Source: Octopus vulgaris (taxonomy: Eukaryota). From it: a DNA stretch of 64,000 bases. The notes beneath the pieces were generated by a model. That model was not told where the DNA came from, did not search any database, and worked only from the letters and a program-made list of their open reading frames with translations. Below, in pieces: positions 34,191 through 48,320 of the stretch (the stretch's first letter is position 1; every line of letters begins with the position of its first letter). The stretch covers positions 202,678,001-202,742,000 of the forward strand of contig OX597814.1 in the NCBI GenBank assembly GCA_951406725.2. Direction: 5' to 3'. Made by a program: the position numbers and the translations under genes.

Positions 34191-37066
34191 GATTGATTGA
34201 TTGATTGATTGATTCTAGTTTCAGCTCATGAGCTGTGGCCATGCTGGGGCACCGCCATTTGGTGTTGCTACTTGGTTTCACTTCATGGAGGCTTTCTGGC
34301 AACTGCTATTTGGTGCATGAGAGAGTTCGATGCAGCTGCCCTCATCTGCCCCTCCTGCCGTGAAGTTGGTTCATCTGGGACACCTGACAGGAAGAGATCG
34401 AGCTTCATTTTAAAGACATCTGTATCCACCCCATGCAGGTCTCTCAGGTTCTTCGGGAGGATATTGAAGAGCTGTGGGCCCTGGAAGCCCAGGCTATCAC
34501 AGAATCTTGTCCTACATCTTGAGGGCAGGTTTGGAGTCCTAGGCACCACGCAGTGGCGCCCAGTTCTGGCATTTGCGTAACTCTCGATGCCAAAGTTCAG
34601 GACACTTCCCTCCAGGATCTTCCAGATGTATATTATGGCATATCTTTCCCGCCTACGCTCCAGGGAATATAATTTTAATCTCTTGAGTCTTTCCCAGTAG
34701 CTTACATTCTGCATAGAGGCTATCTTCTTTGTGTAGCTTCGTTGGATTGCCTCAAGTTCTGTGATCAACTTGACACTGGATGGTGACCATAGCTGAGAGC
34801 AATAGTCAAAGTGGCTTAGGACAAGTGTCTTCCAGAGGACCATCATGGTTTCTTGTTCTCTTGTTCTAAAGGTTCTAAGAATCCATCCAGCCAGCCGTCT
34901 ACATGTCATTGTCAGTTTAGCAACATGTACATGAAAGGTCGCGTCATCACTCATGTGAATACCCAGGTCACGCACTGATTGTGCCTCTGGGATTGCAATC
35001 CCTCCGGGTCCAGTGTATTCATTGGGTATTGCATTCAGTTTTGCATGCTGATAGTATAAAGCTTGAAACTTTCCAGCATTGAACTGCATGCTATTCTTTT
35101 CAGCCCACTTGTATATTTCGTCCAGCTCACATTGCAGGTGTTTAGTGTCCTCAGGGTTCTGTATTGCCTGTGAGACTTTTGTATCATCTGCATAACTTGT
35201 GATCGTGGCTCTCTGCGTGGCTGAGGGCATGTCTGAGAGGGCCATTATGAACAGTAGTGGTCCCAGAACAGTGCCCTGCGGAACACCGCTCACTATTTGT
35301 GTGTTAATAGAGGTGGCCCCATTGGCTACTACCACCTGACTTCTATCCTTCAGAAAGTCATGAAGCCATTCTCCCAGTTTTCCAACTATGTTGAGATCAC
35401 GCAGTTTGTGACATATCATTCCATGATCGACTTTATCAAAGGCCTTTGCAAAGTCGAGATATATCACTTCCACATTTGAGTGGTTGAGCAGCCGTTTCAG
35501 CACCCAGTCATAGTGTTGTAGGAGCTGAGTTAAACAGCTTCTCCCTGGTCGGAAACCATGTTGGGTGTCGGGCAGCAAGTCATTCTCTTCAAGGAAGGTG
35601 ATCAGCTTCCTTCTGACTATTCGTTCCATGACCTTGCTGATGTGTGAGGTCAGAGAGATAGGTCTATAGTTCTTGGCTTCCGCTCTGCTACCTCCTTTAT
35701 GAATGGGGCATATTTTACCTTCCTTCAGTTTTCCTGGAAGTTTGCCAGCTGCAAGGAAGCTCTGAAAGAGGAACTGCAGTGGTCTTGCTAGGACTCTCTT
35801 ACATGCTTTTAGGAGGATTGCCGGGAATCCATCGGGGCCAGTAGCTGAGTCTGTTTTCATTTCATCTATAGCCTTGGTTACATCGTCTTCCTTTATATCG
35901 ATGTAATCTATCGTCGCCGCCTCTGATTTTATATCTGCAGTGGTAAAAAAGTCAGTTGGATTGGTGATTTGGAGATGCCCAAGGGGTGGAGTGAAAACAC
36001 TCTTGAATTGCTCATTCAGTATTTCACTTACCCTCATTGGTTTTCCTGTAAGTGTGCCATCCTTTTCAAGGAGTGGCCCTATTCTACAGTGCACTGTAGC
36101 TGTTTCTTTGGCATACCTGTAGAAAGCTCTGGGGTTAGATTTTATGTTTTCTATAGCCCAGGCTTCTTTGTCTGCTCTTTCTTTTTCATGGGAGAGTTGC
36201 AGACATTTTTCGATTTCCAACAGTTTTATTTTTAGGCGGGACTTTTCACTGCTTTCAATCTGTTTGTTTAGGCGATTTGAAAATTTCGTACGCCGTCTCA
36301 TTAAAATTTTCCTCTCTCTGGGGATTTTGTTCTTGTGTACAGTGGCCTTTCTCTCTGGGACACATTTGTAGCATATGGCTTGCATTACAGACATGAATTG
36401 TTGAAGTTTCACGTCGATGTCTGGCGAGGAGAGACATTCAGGCCAGTTTTGTTTGAGGATCTCTTTCTCAATTTGTTTCCAGTTTGCCTTATGGTAGTTC
36501 AAGCTGGAAAGATTTTGAGGGTTTCTTGTAGGCTGCATGTCCGTGCTCTCTTTTGGCCCGTACATGGTCAGCTCTATCATGTTGTGATCCGAGAGTAGTG
36601 TCGGTGTCACTTTCACATTATGGATGAGATCCATGTCATTTGTGAAGCAGAGATCCAGTGTGTTACCTGCCCTGGTTGGTTGGAGTATTACCTGCTCCAT
36701 GTACAGGGTGTTGATGAGGTTCAGGAGGGACCTCGCCTGTCCTCGTTCACATCTTGTCATTCCTGGGAGAGAAAGGCCCTCGGGCCATCTGACATTGGGC
36801 AGATTGAAGTCTCCCATAAGAAGCACACCTATGTGTTGTTCTAATGTGGTTAGAATTTCTTCTATTTTTATAAGGCAGTCTTCGAACTTACCCACATGGC
36901 TTGGGGCATCTGGAGGGCGATATGTAGCACACACAACTACATCAAGTTGCCTAATATGTACAATTAGTGTGTCACACACCGAGTTTGAGTATGACAAGAG
37001 GACCTGGGGTGTGAGGTCCTCACGGATGTACATAGCAACACCTCCATGACTCCTTTCTTTCCTGTC
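34191..37066 (-). mobile_element. CR1-group LINE, 5'-truncated within the APE domain, with (AATC)n tail
   Basis: ORF2 plus a short 3' UTR with hairpin cagctc-at-gagctg and tandem aatc tail. Confidence 0.93.
34283..37066 (-). CDS. CR1-type ORF2 (AP endonuclease + reverse transcriptase), ~927 codons without a stop, N-terminally truncated
   Basis: [100 protein letters not shown]. Confidence 0.93.
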   Translation of the reverse strand, partial: DRKERSHGGVAMYIREDLTPQVLLSYSNSVCDTLIVHIRQLDVVVCATYRPPDAPSHVGKFEDCLIKIEEILTTLEQHIGVLLMGDFNLPNVRWPEGLSLPGMTRCERGQARSLLNLINTLYMEQVILQPTRAGNTLDLCFTNDMDLIHNVKVTPTLLSDHNMIELTMYGPKESTDMQPTRNPQNLSSLNYHKANWKQIEKEILKQNWPECLSSPDIDVKLQQFMSVMQAICYKCVPERKATVHKNKIPRERKILMRRRTKFSNRLNKQIESSEKSRLKIKLLEIEKCLQLSHEKERADKEAWAIENIKSNPRAFYRYAKETATVHCRIGPLLEKDGTLTGKPMRVSEILNEQFKSVFTPPLGHLQITNPTDFFTTADIKSEAATIDYIDIKEDDVTKAIDEMKTDSATGPDGFPAILLKACKRVLARPLQFLFQSFLAAGKLPGKLKEGKICPIHKGGSRAEAKNYRPISLTSHISKVMERIVRRKLITFLEENDLLPDTQHGFRPGRSCLTQLLQHYDWVLKRLLNHSNVEVIYLDFAKAFDKVDHGMICHKLRDLNIVGKLGEWLHDFLKDRSQVVVANGATSINTQIVSGVPQGTVLGPLLFIMALSDMPSATQRATITSYADDTKVSQAIQNPEDTKHLQCELDEIYKWAEKNSMQFNAGKFQALYYQHAKLNAIPNEYTGPGGIAIPEAQSVRDLGIHMSDDATFHVHVAKLTMTCRRLAGWILRTFRTREQETMMVLWKTLVLSHFDYCSQLWSPSSVKLITELEAIQRSYTKKIASMQNVSYWERLKRLKLYSLERRRERYAIIYIWKILEGSVLNFGIESYANARTGRHCVVPRTPNLPSRCRTRFCDSLGFQGPQLFNILPKNLRDLHGVDTDVFKMKLDLFLSGVPDEPTSRQEGQMRAAASNSLMHQIAVARKPP

Positions 37067-38522
<1,456 letters not shown>

Positions 38523-38524
<2 letters not shown>

Positions 38525-38949
38525 TAATAATGACAATAATCCTTGGGTGGAATTTATAAACATTTAATGCATTGCTACAAGGGGTTTCCACATATTACAT
38601 GTATCTTAAGACCACATTCTGGAATGATCACAGTGTAGTCCATAGTATCCATGGGCATCTGGTTGATCATTTTCATGGATTCATTTCTTCAGGCGATATA
38701 ACATTAATTGATATACAACAGAGTGATGCTTATCCTTTTTGACCAGTGAGGAGGTTTATTGACTTGTATTGCCTGAAGAAATGAACCCATGAAGATGATC
38801 AACTCGCTGCCCATAGATGCTACAGACCCCACTGTAGTTATTCCAGGAATACAGACTGTGATCTTAAGAGACATGTGATTCATGGAAAGACATGTAGCAA
38901 TGCATTGAATGTTTATAAATTCCATCCAAGGATTATTGTTATCACTACT
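38523..38949. mobile_element. old fold-back element (family P4) with a hammerhead-like motif in each arm
   Basis: Imperfect inverted arms ~38523-38702 and ~38762-38949. Right arm attgc-CTGAAGA...GAAA-gacatg-TA-gcaat. Confidence 0.7.
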
Positions 38950-39089
38950 ATATTTATCCTACATCATGCTGGTACAGCTCAATGCAACCTCAAAAATCTG
39001 GATCACCAACCAGCATCATTAGACTGTGGTTGGCATAATGGAATAGGAGCTTTATTTTTTATATTCAAAATGTTTCCCATAAACAAATT

Positions 39090-39139
<50 letters not shown>

Positions 39140-39282
39140 TCATTCAGAATTCGAGAAAGCAATATCCACATAAGGGATTGTTAAAAATATTCCTTATGCC
39201 AACTGGGTTTAACCAGATATATTGATAGGAAGATCATTAATATATATATTAATGATATATATCAGTTGCCATGATAGATCGT

Positions 39283-39462
39283 TAGCCACTACACACATTT
39301 TTCCTCTCCTTGTTTTTTCTGTGTCTCTTTCTGTCGAAGAGCGTAGGCTCGAAACGTAAAACACTTTTTCTATTCCTGAGTGTTATACTAATACATCTGT
39401 TTGTTTTGTACACCACCTGTCTTCGTCTTTTGTTTTTTTCGTAAACTCTCCCGATATATATA
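39283..39462 (+). mobile_element. Penelope-like 3' end family P3 (copy 2)
   Basis: tcttt-CTGTCGA-a-gagcgtaggctc-GAAACGTA. Ends in (TA)n. Confidence 0.65.
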
Positions 39463-39739
39463 TAATCATTGTTTAGCATCCATTTTCCATGGGCAGGATT
39501 CTTCGACAGGGTCCAGTGAGCAGCAGGCCAGTGTCAGGCTCCAATATTTCTACAGCTAGATGCCCTTCCTAACACCTACCACTTTGCAATGTGCACTTGA
39601 TATGCCTTACATGATCCCACCACTAGTGGAACCATCAAGTAACTTGCAAGAGGAAGCAAAGACAGGAAAAAGGGGCACAACTGTGGCTGTGTGGTTAAGA
39701 AGCTTACTTCCCAACCATGGGATCCTATCTCATTTATTC

Positions 39740-40142
39740 ATTTACTTGTTTCAGTCATTTGACTGCAGCCATGCCGGAGCACCGCCTTTAGTTGAGGAAA
39801 TCAATCCCAGAACTTATTCTTTGTAAGCCTAGTACTTATTTTATCGGCCTCTTTTGCCAAACTGCTAAGTTACGGGGACATAAACACACCAGCATCGGTT
39901 GTCAAGCGATCTTGGTGGGGACAAACACAACACACAAACACACACACGCATTAATATTTTATTATTATATATATATATACATATATACGACGGGCTTCTT
40001 TCAGTTTCAATCTACCAAATCCACTCACAAGGCTTTGGTCGACCCGTAGTAGAAGACACTTGCCCAAGGTGCCACACAGTGGGACTGAACCCGGAACCAT
40101 GTGGTTCGTAATCAAGCTACTTACCACACAGCCACTCCTACA
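39740..40142 (-). mobile_element. SINE family A
   Basis: Reverse-complement full copy. Confidence 0.88.
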
Positions 40143-40279
40143 CCTATGTTCAGTTCCACTACATGGCACCTCTGTTATTGCCCTTGGGCTTACCAAAGCC
40201 TTGTGAGTGGGTTTGTTAGCAGGAAAAAGTGAATGGCATCTGCTATGTAATTTGTTTAGTTTTTTTTTTTTTTCTGATA

Positions 40280-41075
40280 GTGAGTTTCACTTCTGTTGTC
40301 TGTGATATTGGTTGTACTATGTTTGTGGATGTCCCAGATTTTCATAAAGTCAACGTTTTCTGACATGTTACTTAAGACATACATTTTTACAGATGCACTC
40401 TATAACTTCTTTGTTGGTGATTATGGTATAATGGATTTCTGAAAACTTTACATTTCTTCATGAAATCTTGTGAGGATTTGTTCTTCAAGTTTATAGAATC
40501 ATTGCTGCTTTCTTCATTGATGTATGAGTGCTGTGGTGCCAGTTGGTAAATTGGTATCAAAGACAATTGCTTGCCAAGTGGTTCTCATAGCTAAGTAAAT
40601 GGATTCTTCAGTTGTGATGCTGTCTTGTTGTCTCTATAGTAATCAATACTTTATGAAAATCAGCATTTATTCCATTGAATTCTACTCCGATAATGGTGTA
40701 TGTGAGGAGATTTGGGTTGTCATTGGCATGTATCACCTTGTAGGATTTTTTTTTTTTTCAGAATTATGTATTTTATGTTGCTGGTTTTTATTTTTTAAGA
40801 GCCTGCATTTCTAGCACATGGTTGTCCCCTTGTTAGTTTGCATTTTAATGTTTCTGTACTTGATGCAAGTAGTTTTGTATGTTATTAGGCCACCTCTGTT
40901 GCGATAAACTCTGTCTAATCTCATCTGAGTATAATTGGGAATATAGTTTGTGCTGTGTTGATGTATTAAAAATGCTTCCTGAATAATTGGTGTGTGGATG
41001 TTGCATATGAGAATAATATCATTTAATTCCATAAAAATTATCTTTGATGTTGTAAAATTTTAAAATTGGCTTTTG
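40280..41075 (-). pseudogene. degenerate LINE AP-endonuclease region (I/Jockey-like)
   Basis: FKILQ..., IIQEAFL...IPNYTQMRLDR..RGGLITY, with stops and frameshifts. Confidence 0.6.
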
Positions 41076-41395
41076 TTTCTGATTTGAAGTGTGTGTGTGT
41101 GTGTGTGTGTTGATATATGGTATTGGGAAAAAGATTAAAATGGCACTTCCCATCTTTAATCATTGCCTCTGTTGTTGATATTGTTGTTGTATCTGTATCA
41201 TTGTGTATTTCTGGAGTTTTTGTAAGTAGTGTTGTTTGGTGTTTCTCGGAGCACAATTTTGAGCGGCTGTGGGTTTTGTTGGTCTAGGGTCGTATTTGTA
41301 TTATTATCATTATCAGGTACAAGCACAGCTGTTTGGTTTTAAAAGTTGGCTTCTCAATCCACATGGTTTCAGGTTCAGTCTTACTGTATGACAGT

Positions 41396-41543
41396 TTCTC
41401 TCCTTGTTTTTTCTGTGTCCCTTTCTGTTGAAGAGCGTAGGCTTGAAACGTAAAAGACTTTTTCTATTCCTGAGCATTATACTAATACATCTGTTTGTTT
41501 TGTACACCACCTGTCTTCGTCTTTTGTTTTTTTGTAAACTCTT
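41396..41543 (+). mobile_element. Penelope-like 3' end family P3 (copy 3) nested in a SINE
   Basis: cttt-CTGTTGA-a-gagcgtaggctt-GAAACGTA-aaag. Flanked by the direct repeat cttactgtatgaca (41380 and 41541). Confidence 0.65.
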
Positions 41544-42832
41544 ACTGTATGACACATTGGGTAAGTGTTTTCTGGGCCAACCAAGAAAGCCTTTAGCTTC
41601 TGAGTTCAAATCCTGCTGAGATCAACTTTCTTTTTGATCCTTCCCAGGTCAATAAAATAGAATACCAGTCAAGTACTGGGGTTGTTGTAACCAACTAGGC
41701 CTCCACCTCTTCCAAATTTCAAGCCTTGTGCATTTTATAAATAGAATTATTATTGATATTATTATGTTTTCAGACTAAGATGTTAATGCATGTATACCGA
41801 CAAGCAAATAATATCAAGATTTTCAAGTAAATTTCTTCAATAACACGAATTCATCTCTACCTACAATAACCTTCTACTTCATTCATTTTTTATACACCGT
41901 CAATTTATTGCAGATACAAACCACAACTTTTAAAAGCTATTCATTGTATTTATTACTGTCACCCAGAATATTCCCCACCCCCCAACCCCCGCCTTCCCAT
42001 TTAATCTCTGGAAGAAAACTTTCACAAAGCTCTTGAAATCGAAATCATGTATAATGTTTCTTTATAGAAGTTTATGTAAATATATTCTTACGTTTTAGCA
42101 ATTACTCTGATACATATGCTTTTAAGTGATTTTTTTTTTCTTCCTTGTTATCTTTTAAAATTTCAACTTGAAATTTTCTTATTGTGAAACATCAAATATT
42201 GGCAAGACAATACAGAGTTATTTCCTCTTGGATTTATTCCTCTATGAGAAAAGAGATGTGGTAGTAGTGGTGGTGGTGATGGTGGGACATGTTTTTTTTT
42301 AAATTCTGATTGCCCTTGAATAAGTAAACTTATTGTACAACAGCATTCCAACTATAATACAACAATCCTATACTTTTTAAAAAATCTTTTTGCCAGACAC
42401 AGTATATCTAGAATCACATTATTTCACGTCTGCCTCACCCTCATATTTTTTTAAGATGTTAAGACATTATATAAAGGAAAATTGGCTGCTATTTCTAGCA
42501 GAGCAGTTGATAATGTCAGAACTTTGCAATAGGCCCGAGATGTGTGTGTGTGTGTGTATGTGTAAATTTTGGTTCAGTTTTCTGTATTTAGATCTGCTTG
42601 AGAAGAAGACCCATCAAGCCAAGTAAAATCACAGCCATGGCAGATACTGGTGCCACGCAAATGGCACCTGTGCCAGTGTCACATAAAAGCACCCATTACA
42701 CTCTCAGAGTGATTGGTGTTAGGAAGGGCATTCAGCCATAGAAACCATGCCAAATCAGACTGGAATCTGGTGCAGCCTTTCAGCTTGCCAGCCCCGGTCA
42801 AACTGTCCATGGACAACATGATGATGATAATG

Positions 42833-43004
42833 ATGTTCTCAATTATGACTCCTGCAATCTCATGTGGCCCTCAAACACCCTTCCAGTAGCCCCCAACAGT
42901 CTTCCCATTATAAATATAAATTTTTCTTTGGCTTGTGCAGCCCCCTAAAAACAAAAATCCCATTTTTGGATCTAGCCCAGATATTAAAAAGCTGAGTACC
43001 ACTG
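42833..43004 (+). mobile_element. hAT-type MITE (degenerate)
   Basis: Similar to 46242-46430. Ends gctgagtaccactg. Confidence 0.6.
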
Positions 43005-43104
43005 GTTTAGACCAATGAACTGAAAATCAGGAAAGATTTTAAATGGGAATTGTATCAGTCAGTAATTATTGGAGAATACTTTTGTTTCTTTTTCTTTTTA
43101 CATA

Positions 43105-43520
43105 AGCGTAGGCGTGGCCGTGTGGTAAGTAGCTTGCTTACCAACCACATGGTTCTGGGTTCAGTCCCACTGCGTGGCACCTTGTGCAAGTGTCTTCTAC
43201 TATAGCCTCGGGCTGACCAAAGCCTTGTGGGTGGATTTGGTAGACGGAAACTGAAAGAAGCCCGTCCTATTTATGTATATATATTATGTGTGTGTGTATA
43301 TGTTTGTGTGTCAGTGTTTGCCCCTCTAACATCGCTTGACAACCGATGTTGGTGTGTTTACGTCCCTGTAACTTAGTGGTTTGGCAAAAGAGACCGACAG
43401 AATAAGTACTAGGCTTACAAAGAATAAGTCCTGGGGTCAATTTGATTGATTAAAAGCGGTGCTCCAGCATGGCCACAGTCAAATGACTGAAACAAGTAAA
43501 AGAGTAAAAGAGTAAAGAGA
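43105..43520 (+). mobile_element. SINE family A (young)
   Basis: Near-consensus copy. Confidence 0.9.
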
Positions 43521-44499
43521 ATTTAGTGAGATGAAGAAGGTTACATGACCTTATATTAGGGCCCCTGAGACTTGTTAGAGGCTAGGTGGGAATGTCATAT
43601 CCAGACTGCAAACCTGTCCTGAATGCTTGTCTCAATGTGAACTCTGCTAAAACCCACCAAAGATCAGGTGATGGTGTTAAACCAAGTTGTAGATTAAGAA
43701 TAAGAATATTTTCCCCCACTCCCCAACACACTTTTACATAGTTTCCATCGACAAAATTTCACTTCCAAAATATTAGCTAACCCATGGTTATGGCAGAAGG
43801 GAGTTGCTTAAAGAGCTGAGCAGTGAGACTGAACCCAAACCTTGCATCTGCAAGCTATAGTCAATACATTGTCATTAATCATTATCATCATCATCATCAT
43901 CATCACTACCAATCATCACTGCTATCATTGCCATCATCATCATTAACATCATTACCATTACCGTAATAGTGTTGATGATTTTAACAGAAAATTAAATGGT
44001 GAAAGGATAGCTGGAGAAGGAATTTTCTGTATTCTCCAACTTCTTTCAAACAAGAGAAGCAAAAAAACATGCATTAAAATATTCATTATAATCTTCTTCA
44101 TCATCATCATCACAATAATTTAATACCCATTTTCCATGCTGGCATGGGTTGAATGGTTTGACAGGAGCTGGCAAGACCAGGAGCCATACTGAGCTCCATG
44201 GTCTGTTTTGGCATGGATTCTACGGCTGGAAGCCCTAGAGTATACTGGGTGCTTTTTATGTGGCACCAGCACTAGTGCTAATTTCTTATATTGGTATAAA
44301 ATCATAGAATTTAAGCTGGTGTACAGTTAACTCTTGTGGGGATGTACAACAAAGACAGCCTTGGTGGTATTTGAACTCAGAATATGGTGGGATAAACTTA
44401 AATGATATTAGGTAGTCAGCCAAATTCTCTGCTGTTTCTCCAAAGAAGCAAAGAAATGGCAAACACTGAAGATTTCTTATAAAGAAAATCTTTAATAGC

Positions 44500-44665
44500 T
44501 TCAGTAATTTAATATATGGAAGATTTAATAGTGGATTGGTTTGAATTTGTAAGCATAGAAGTCAATAGCAAATTCTTCATTCAATTTCTGATATTAACTG
44601 GATGGAAATAAAAGAAGCTATCTTCATCCAAGCAATATTCCCAGCCTTTTTAATAGACAAGCAAT
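44500..44665 (+). pseudogene. possible Penelope GIY-YIG endonuclease C-terminal remnant
   Basis: ..WMEIKEAIFIQAIFPAF/NRQ resembles the KEAI.I....P.LNR motif. Short and decayed. Confidence 0.35.
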
Positions 44666-44833
44666 AAACTGCGGCAGTTGAATCACAGCAGCTTCGTGTA
44701 TGGTACGCACTCCATTATTAGTTAAATACTGTGCAGTCATGGCCTTGTGGTTTGGAAGTTTGATTCACATCTCGGTAATTCCAAAGTTCTGGTTCAATCC
44801 TGCTCTGTGGTATGTTTGGGCAAGTGTTTTCTG

Positions 44834-45310
44834 CAAGGTCTGACCAAAACGTATCGGGACTGCTCCTATAAAAAGAAATCCACAACACATAGCAGTTCGG
44901 CATATAATCTCCTTCAACGTAGTCACCTTCTGAAGCCACACACTTTATGCAGCATCGTTTCCATTGAAGAAAGCATTCCTGGAACTCTGTTTTTCAGGGA
45001 TTAGCAAGCAGCTGCCTCATCACATTCTCTTGAATTTCCTCAGTGTCTTGAAATCGTGTGCCTTTCAGGTGGGATTTGATTTTTGGAAAGATTCTTGGCT
45101 GTAATAACCATCAAGCCGTGTCTCTTTTCACACACACACTCATATATTTTCTCTGCAGTGGCCATTGATGGATCGTTTGTGATGTGGTCATATGACTGCA
45201 CTCAACACACTTTACTTCAAGGCTCTGTTATAAGCAATGAAAGTGAGTGAGAATGTTATGACTAGGTGTGTATGTGCAACAGAGTTCAAACTGGACACTT
45301 CCATGCTATA
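44834..45310 (-). mobile_element. mariner transposon remnant
   Basis: Minus strand LKGTRFQDTEEIQENVMRQLL..EFQECFLQWKRCCIKCVASEGDYVEGD. TIR-like caaggtctgaccaaaacgtatcgggact at 44834. Confidence 0.75.
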
Positions 45311-45667
45311 TTTCTTTACAAATATTGGACCTTGTGCCAAATGATATATCATTTTCACAGGATTTTAAAAGTGGGGTTTTTGTCACTGAATAATAGACTT
45401 GCATAACCTGTTTCAAAGTATTTAATATGATACCATCTCTGAATTCTGAAATAATTGTCCTTCACACTCTACTCTTGATACAAATACCTGTAATATATTG
45501 AGGGTTGATTTTATGGACAATATTGCTGCTAAATGATTTAATTTTCTCTCCTCTCTCTGTATTTTTCAGATTGCCAGCACTGTATTTTTGGAATGAGTAA
45601 CAGGGAACGATCACGTGAGTTGAATTTTCATTTATTTTCTTTTGTATTCTTTGTTTGCAGACACATT

Positions 45668-45708
<41 letters not shown>

Positions 45709-46241
45709 ACCTGCATGTGTATGTGATCGTCATTTGGTGCTTGTTTTCCCACTGGAATGGGCTGGACAGTTTGACAGGATCATTGAACCATAGGACTGTA
45801 GACTCCATTGAGTCTATGGGGTCAGTGGTTCCCAATAAGAAATGACTCAAGGGGCTTTGATGACTCATCCAACCCATACCAGTATGGAAAATGGAAATCA
45901 AGTAGATGATAAATTTTGTGTGTCTGTTATCCTTTTTCTCTTCTCTTCCTTTTCACTATTACCACATTTTCTCTGATAGTGTTGTTTAAAATGAGTCTTT
46001 GAGTTTCTTTCAATCATACAATTTAACATTTTCTTTGTTAATAAATTATTCGATATCTTTAAAATAATTTATGGAAGTTTTTATTGTTAGAAAAAAAAAT
46101 TCGATAAAAATATTTCTTGTTATTGAAAATATATTGTAAATATCCTTTGACTTGTTTTCTTCATTTTTTTTTATAATATGTTTAATGTTTTTTTTTAATA
46201 TTATATATCATATAATCTCATCTCATTTACTGCCTATAAAC

Positions 46242-46430
46242 CAGTGGATCTCAACCACGGCTCCCAGGGCCACATGCTGCCCTCAAACATCCTCCTGGCA
46301 GCCCTCAACAGTCTTCTATAAATATAAATTTTTCTTTAATTGATTTGTATTATACATTTTTTGGCATGACCCTCTAAACACATCCAGGTTTTGGATTTGG
46401 CCTGGATATCAAAAAGGCTGAGAACCATTT
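46242..46430. mobile_element. hAT-type MITE with 8-bp TSD
   Basis: cagtggatctcaacc ... ggctgagaaccattt. TSD ctataaac at 46234-46241 and 46431-46438. Confidence 0.8.
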
Positions 46431-46509
46431 CTATAAACACAAGTCATATATAATTATGTACAGTCTTATTTAACATGTTTATGTACACAAGGACGTGGAA
46501 AGGTAATGC

Positions 46510-47040
46510 ACTGCACAAGTTGTCTCAAGAGAAGAAATTCTCCTCATGGTGTCTCTTCAGAGACACCAATTCTCAGCGGAGTCACACAGGGAACTGTACT
46601 GAGGCCACTACTATTTGTGGTGGCCCTCTCAAACATGCCCTCCACAGTGCAGTCAGCTAATCTGACCAGTTATGCTGATGACACAAAAGTATCGCAGGCA
46701 CTGAGGAACCCAGAGGACATCATAAAACTGCAGAAAGACCTGAATGAAATTTATAAAGGGGCTGACAAAAATAACATGCAGTTCAATGCTATGAAATTTC
46801 AGGCACTCCACTTTTGATCTAACATCAGGCTAAAATTGGAATACACTGGACCAGAAGGTAATATGATCCCAGAGTCTAAGTCAGTGTGTGACCTGGGGTT
46901 CAAATCAGTAATGATGCAACATTCCATGTGCATATTACTAAGATGGCAACACTGTGCAGGCGAGTGGTTGGCTGGATTCTGAGGACAATCAGAACCAGGA
47001 AAAGGGAGGCCCTGCTACTCCTATGGAATACTTTCGTTTC
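46510..47040 (+). pseudogene. CR1-group RT fragment related to the 34-37 kb element
   Basis: [45 protein letters not shown], then stops. Confidence 0.85.
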
Positions 47041-47113
47041 AGGGACATAAACATACCAGCATTGGTTGTCAAGTGATGTTGGGGGTGACAAACACAGACA
47101 CACAAACACATAC

Positions 47114-47146
<33 letters not shown>

Positions 47147-47709
47147 CATATACATACACATATATACGAAGAGCTTCTTTCAGTTTCCGTCTACCAAATC
47201 CACTTGCAAGGCTGTGGTTGGCCCAAGGTTATAGTACAAGTCACTTGCCCAAGGTGCCACGCAGTGGGACTGAACCTGGAACCATGTGGTTCATAAGCAA
47301 GCTTCTCACTGCACAGCCATTTGCCTAACTGCTAAATTATGTGGACATAAACAAACAAACACTGGTTGTTAAGCAGTTGTAGAAGGACAAATGCAAAGAT
47401 GCTCACACTCTACTTCTCCAAGGTGTCATTCCATGGGACTGAACTCAAAGCCATTTAGCTGTAAAGTGAGCTTCTTAACCACACACCCATGTCTGTACCT
47501 ATACTTGTTAGTAATAAACTATATACTTTCACTATGCACAGCCTCACCTACACCCCCATTCCTTATTTTAAATTCTCAGAACTTCAAATGCTCTGTTTAT
47601 GATATACAGAATTGTAGGTCTATTAGAGCTGACTAGGGTGCTTCTGTGTTGTTGCTAAACCTAAAAGAAATAGCAACCAGATTTCCTTCACACCATATCC
47701 ATCATAACT

Positions 47710-47945
47710 ACCTATTTCTTTACTACCCACAAGGGGCTAAACACAGAGAGGACAAACAAGGACAGACAAACAGATTGAGTCAATTGCATTGACCCCAGTG
47801 CGTAACTGGTACTTAATTTATCGACCCCGAAAGGATGAAAGGCAAAGTCGACCTTGGTGGAATTTGAACTCAGAATATGACGGCAGACGAAACACGGCTA
47901 CGCATTTCACCCGACATGCTAACGATTCTGCCAGCTCGCCACCTT
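47710..47945 (-). mobile_element. SINE family B
   Basis: Near-consensus reverse complement. Confidence 0.85.
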
Positions 47946-47960
47946 TTCCATCGTAACTAC

Positions 47961-48320
47961 CTTGAACAAAGAAAGGAATCGTTGGATGATGTAGTTCGTA
48001 AAAAGACATGATTGTCACAGATAGAATACATTTGATCATTGGTTTGCAGAATCCAAATTAATATCAGGCTAAAAACTACCACCATAGCAGAGTCATCTCT
48101 TTTTAATAACATTCGAGTGAGACTCACATTCCTCTCCCTGCCTACATATTTTCTGTAGATTCGAAACTGTTGGTCAGTTCCTGTATCAGTAACATTAACA
48201 TCTCGCCATTCTGAGAAGAAATGAGTTACAAAGGTCATCTCCACTGGCTCTTCTCTTGACCATGTTATTAAAGAAAGAAAATAAAAGAAGCTTGGCTTTA
48301 TTACAACATTTAAAGAATAG
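47961..48320 (-). other. candidate host exon with a signal-peptide-like start
   Basis: Non-repetitive. Acceptor-like tctttctctttcccaAG at 48321-48322 and donor AAG|GTAGTT at 47960. Encodes MLLKRDDSAMVVVFSLILIWILQ... No recognisable homology. Confidence 0.25.

Noticed and set aside
33311-34302. 200-290 aa Y/I/M/C-rich ORFs
   Set aside because: Microsatellite artefacts.
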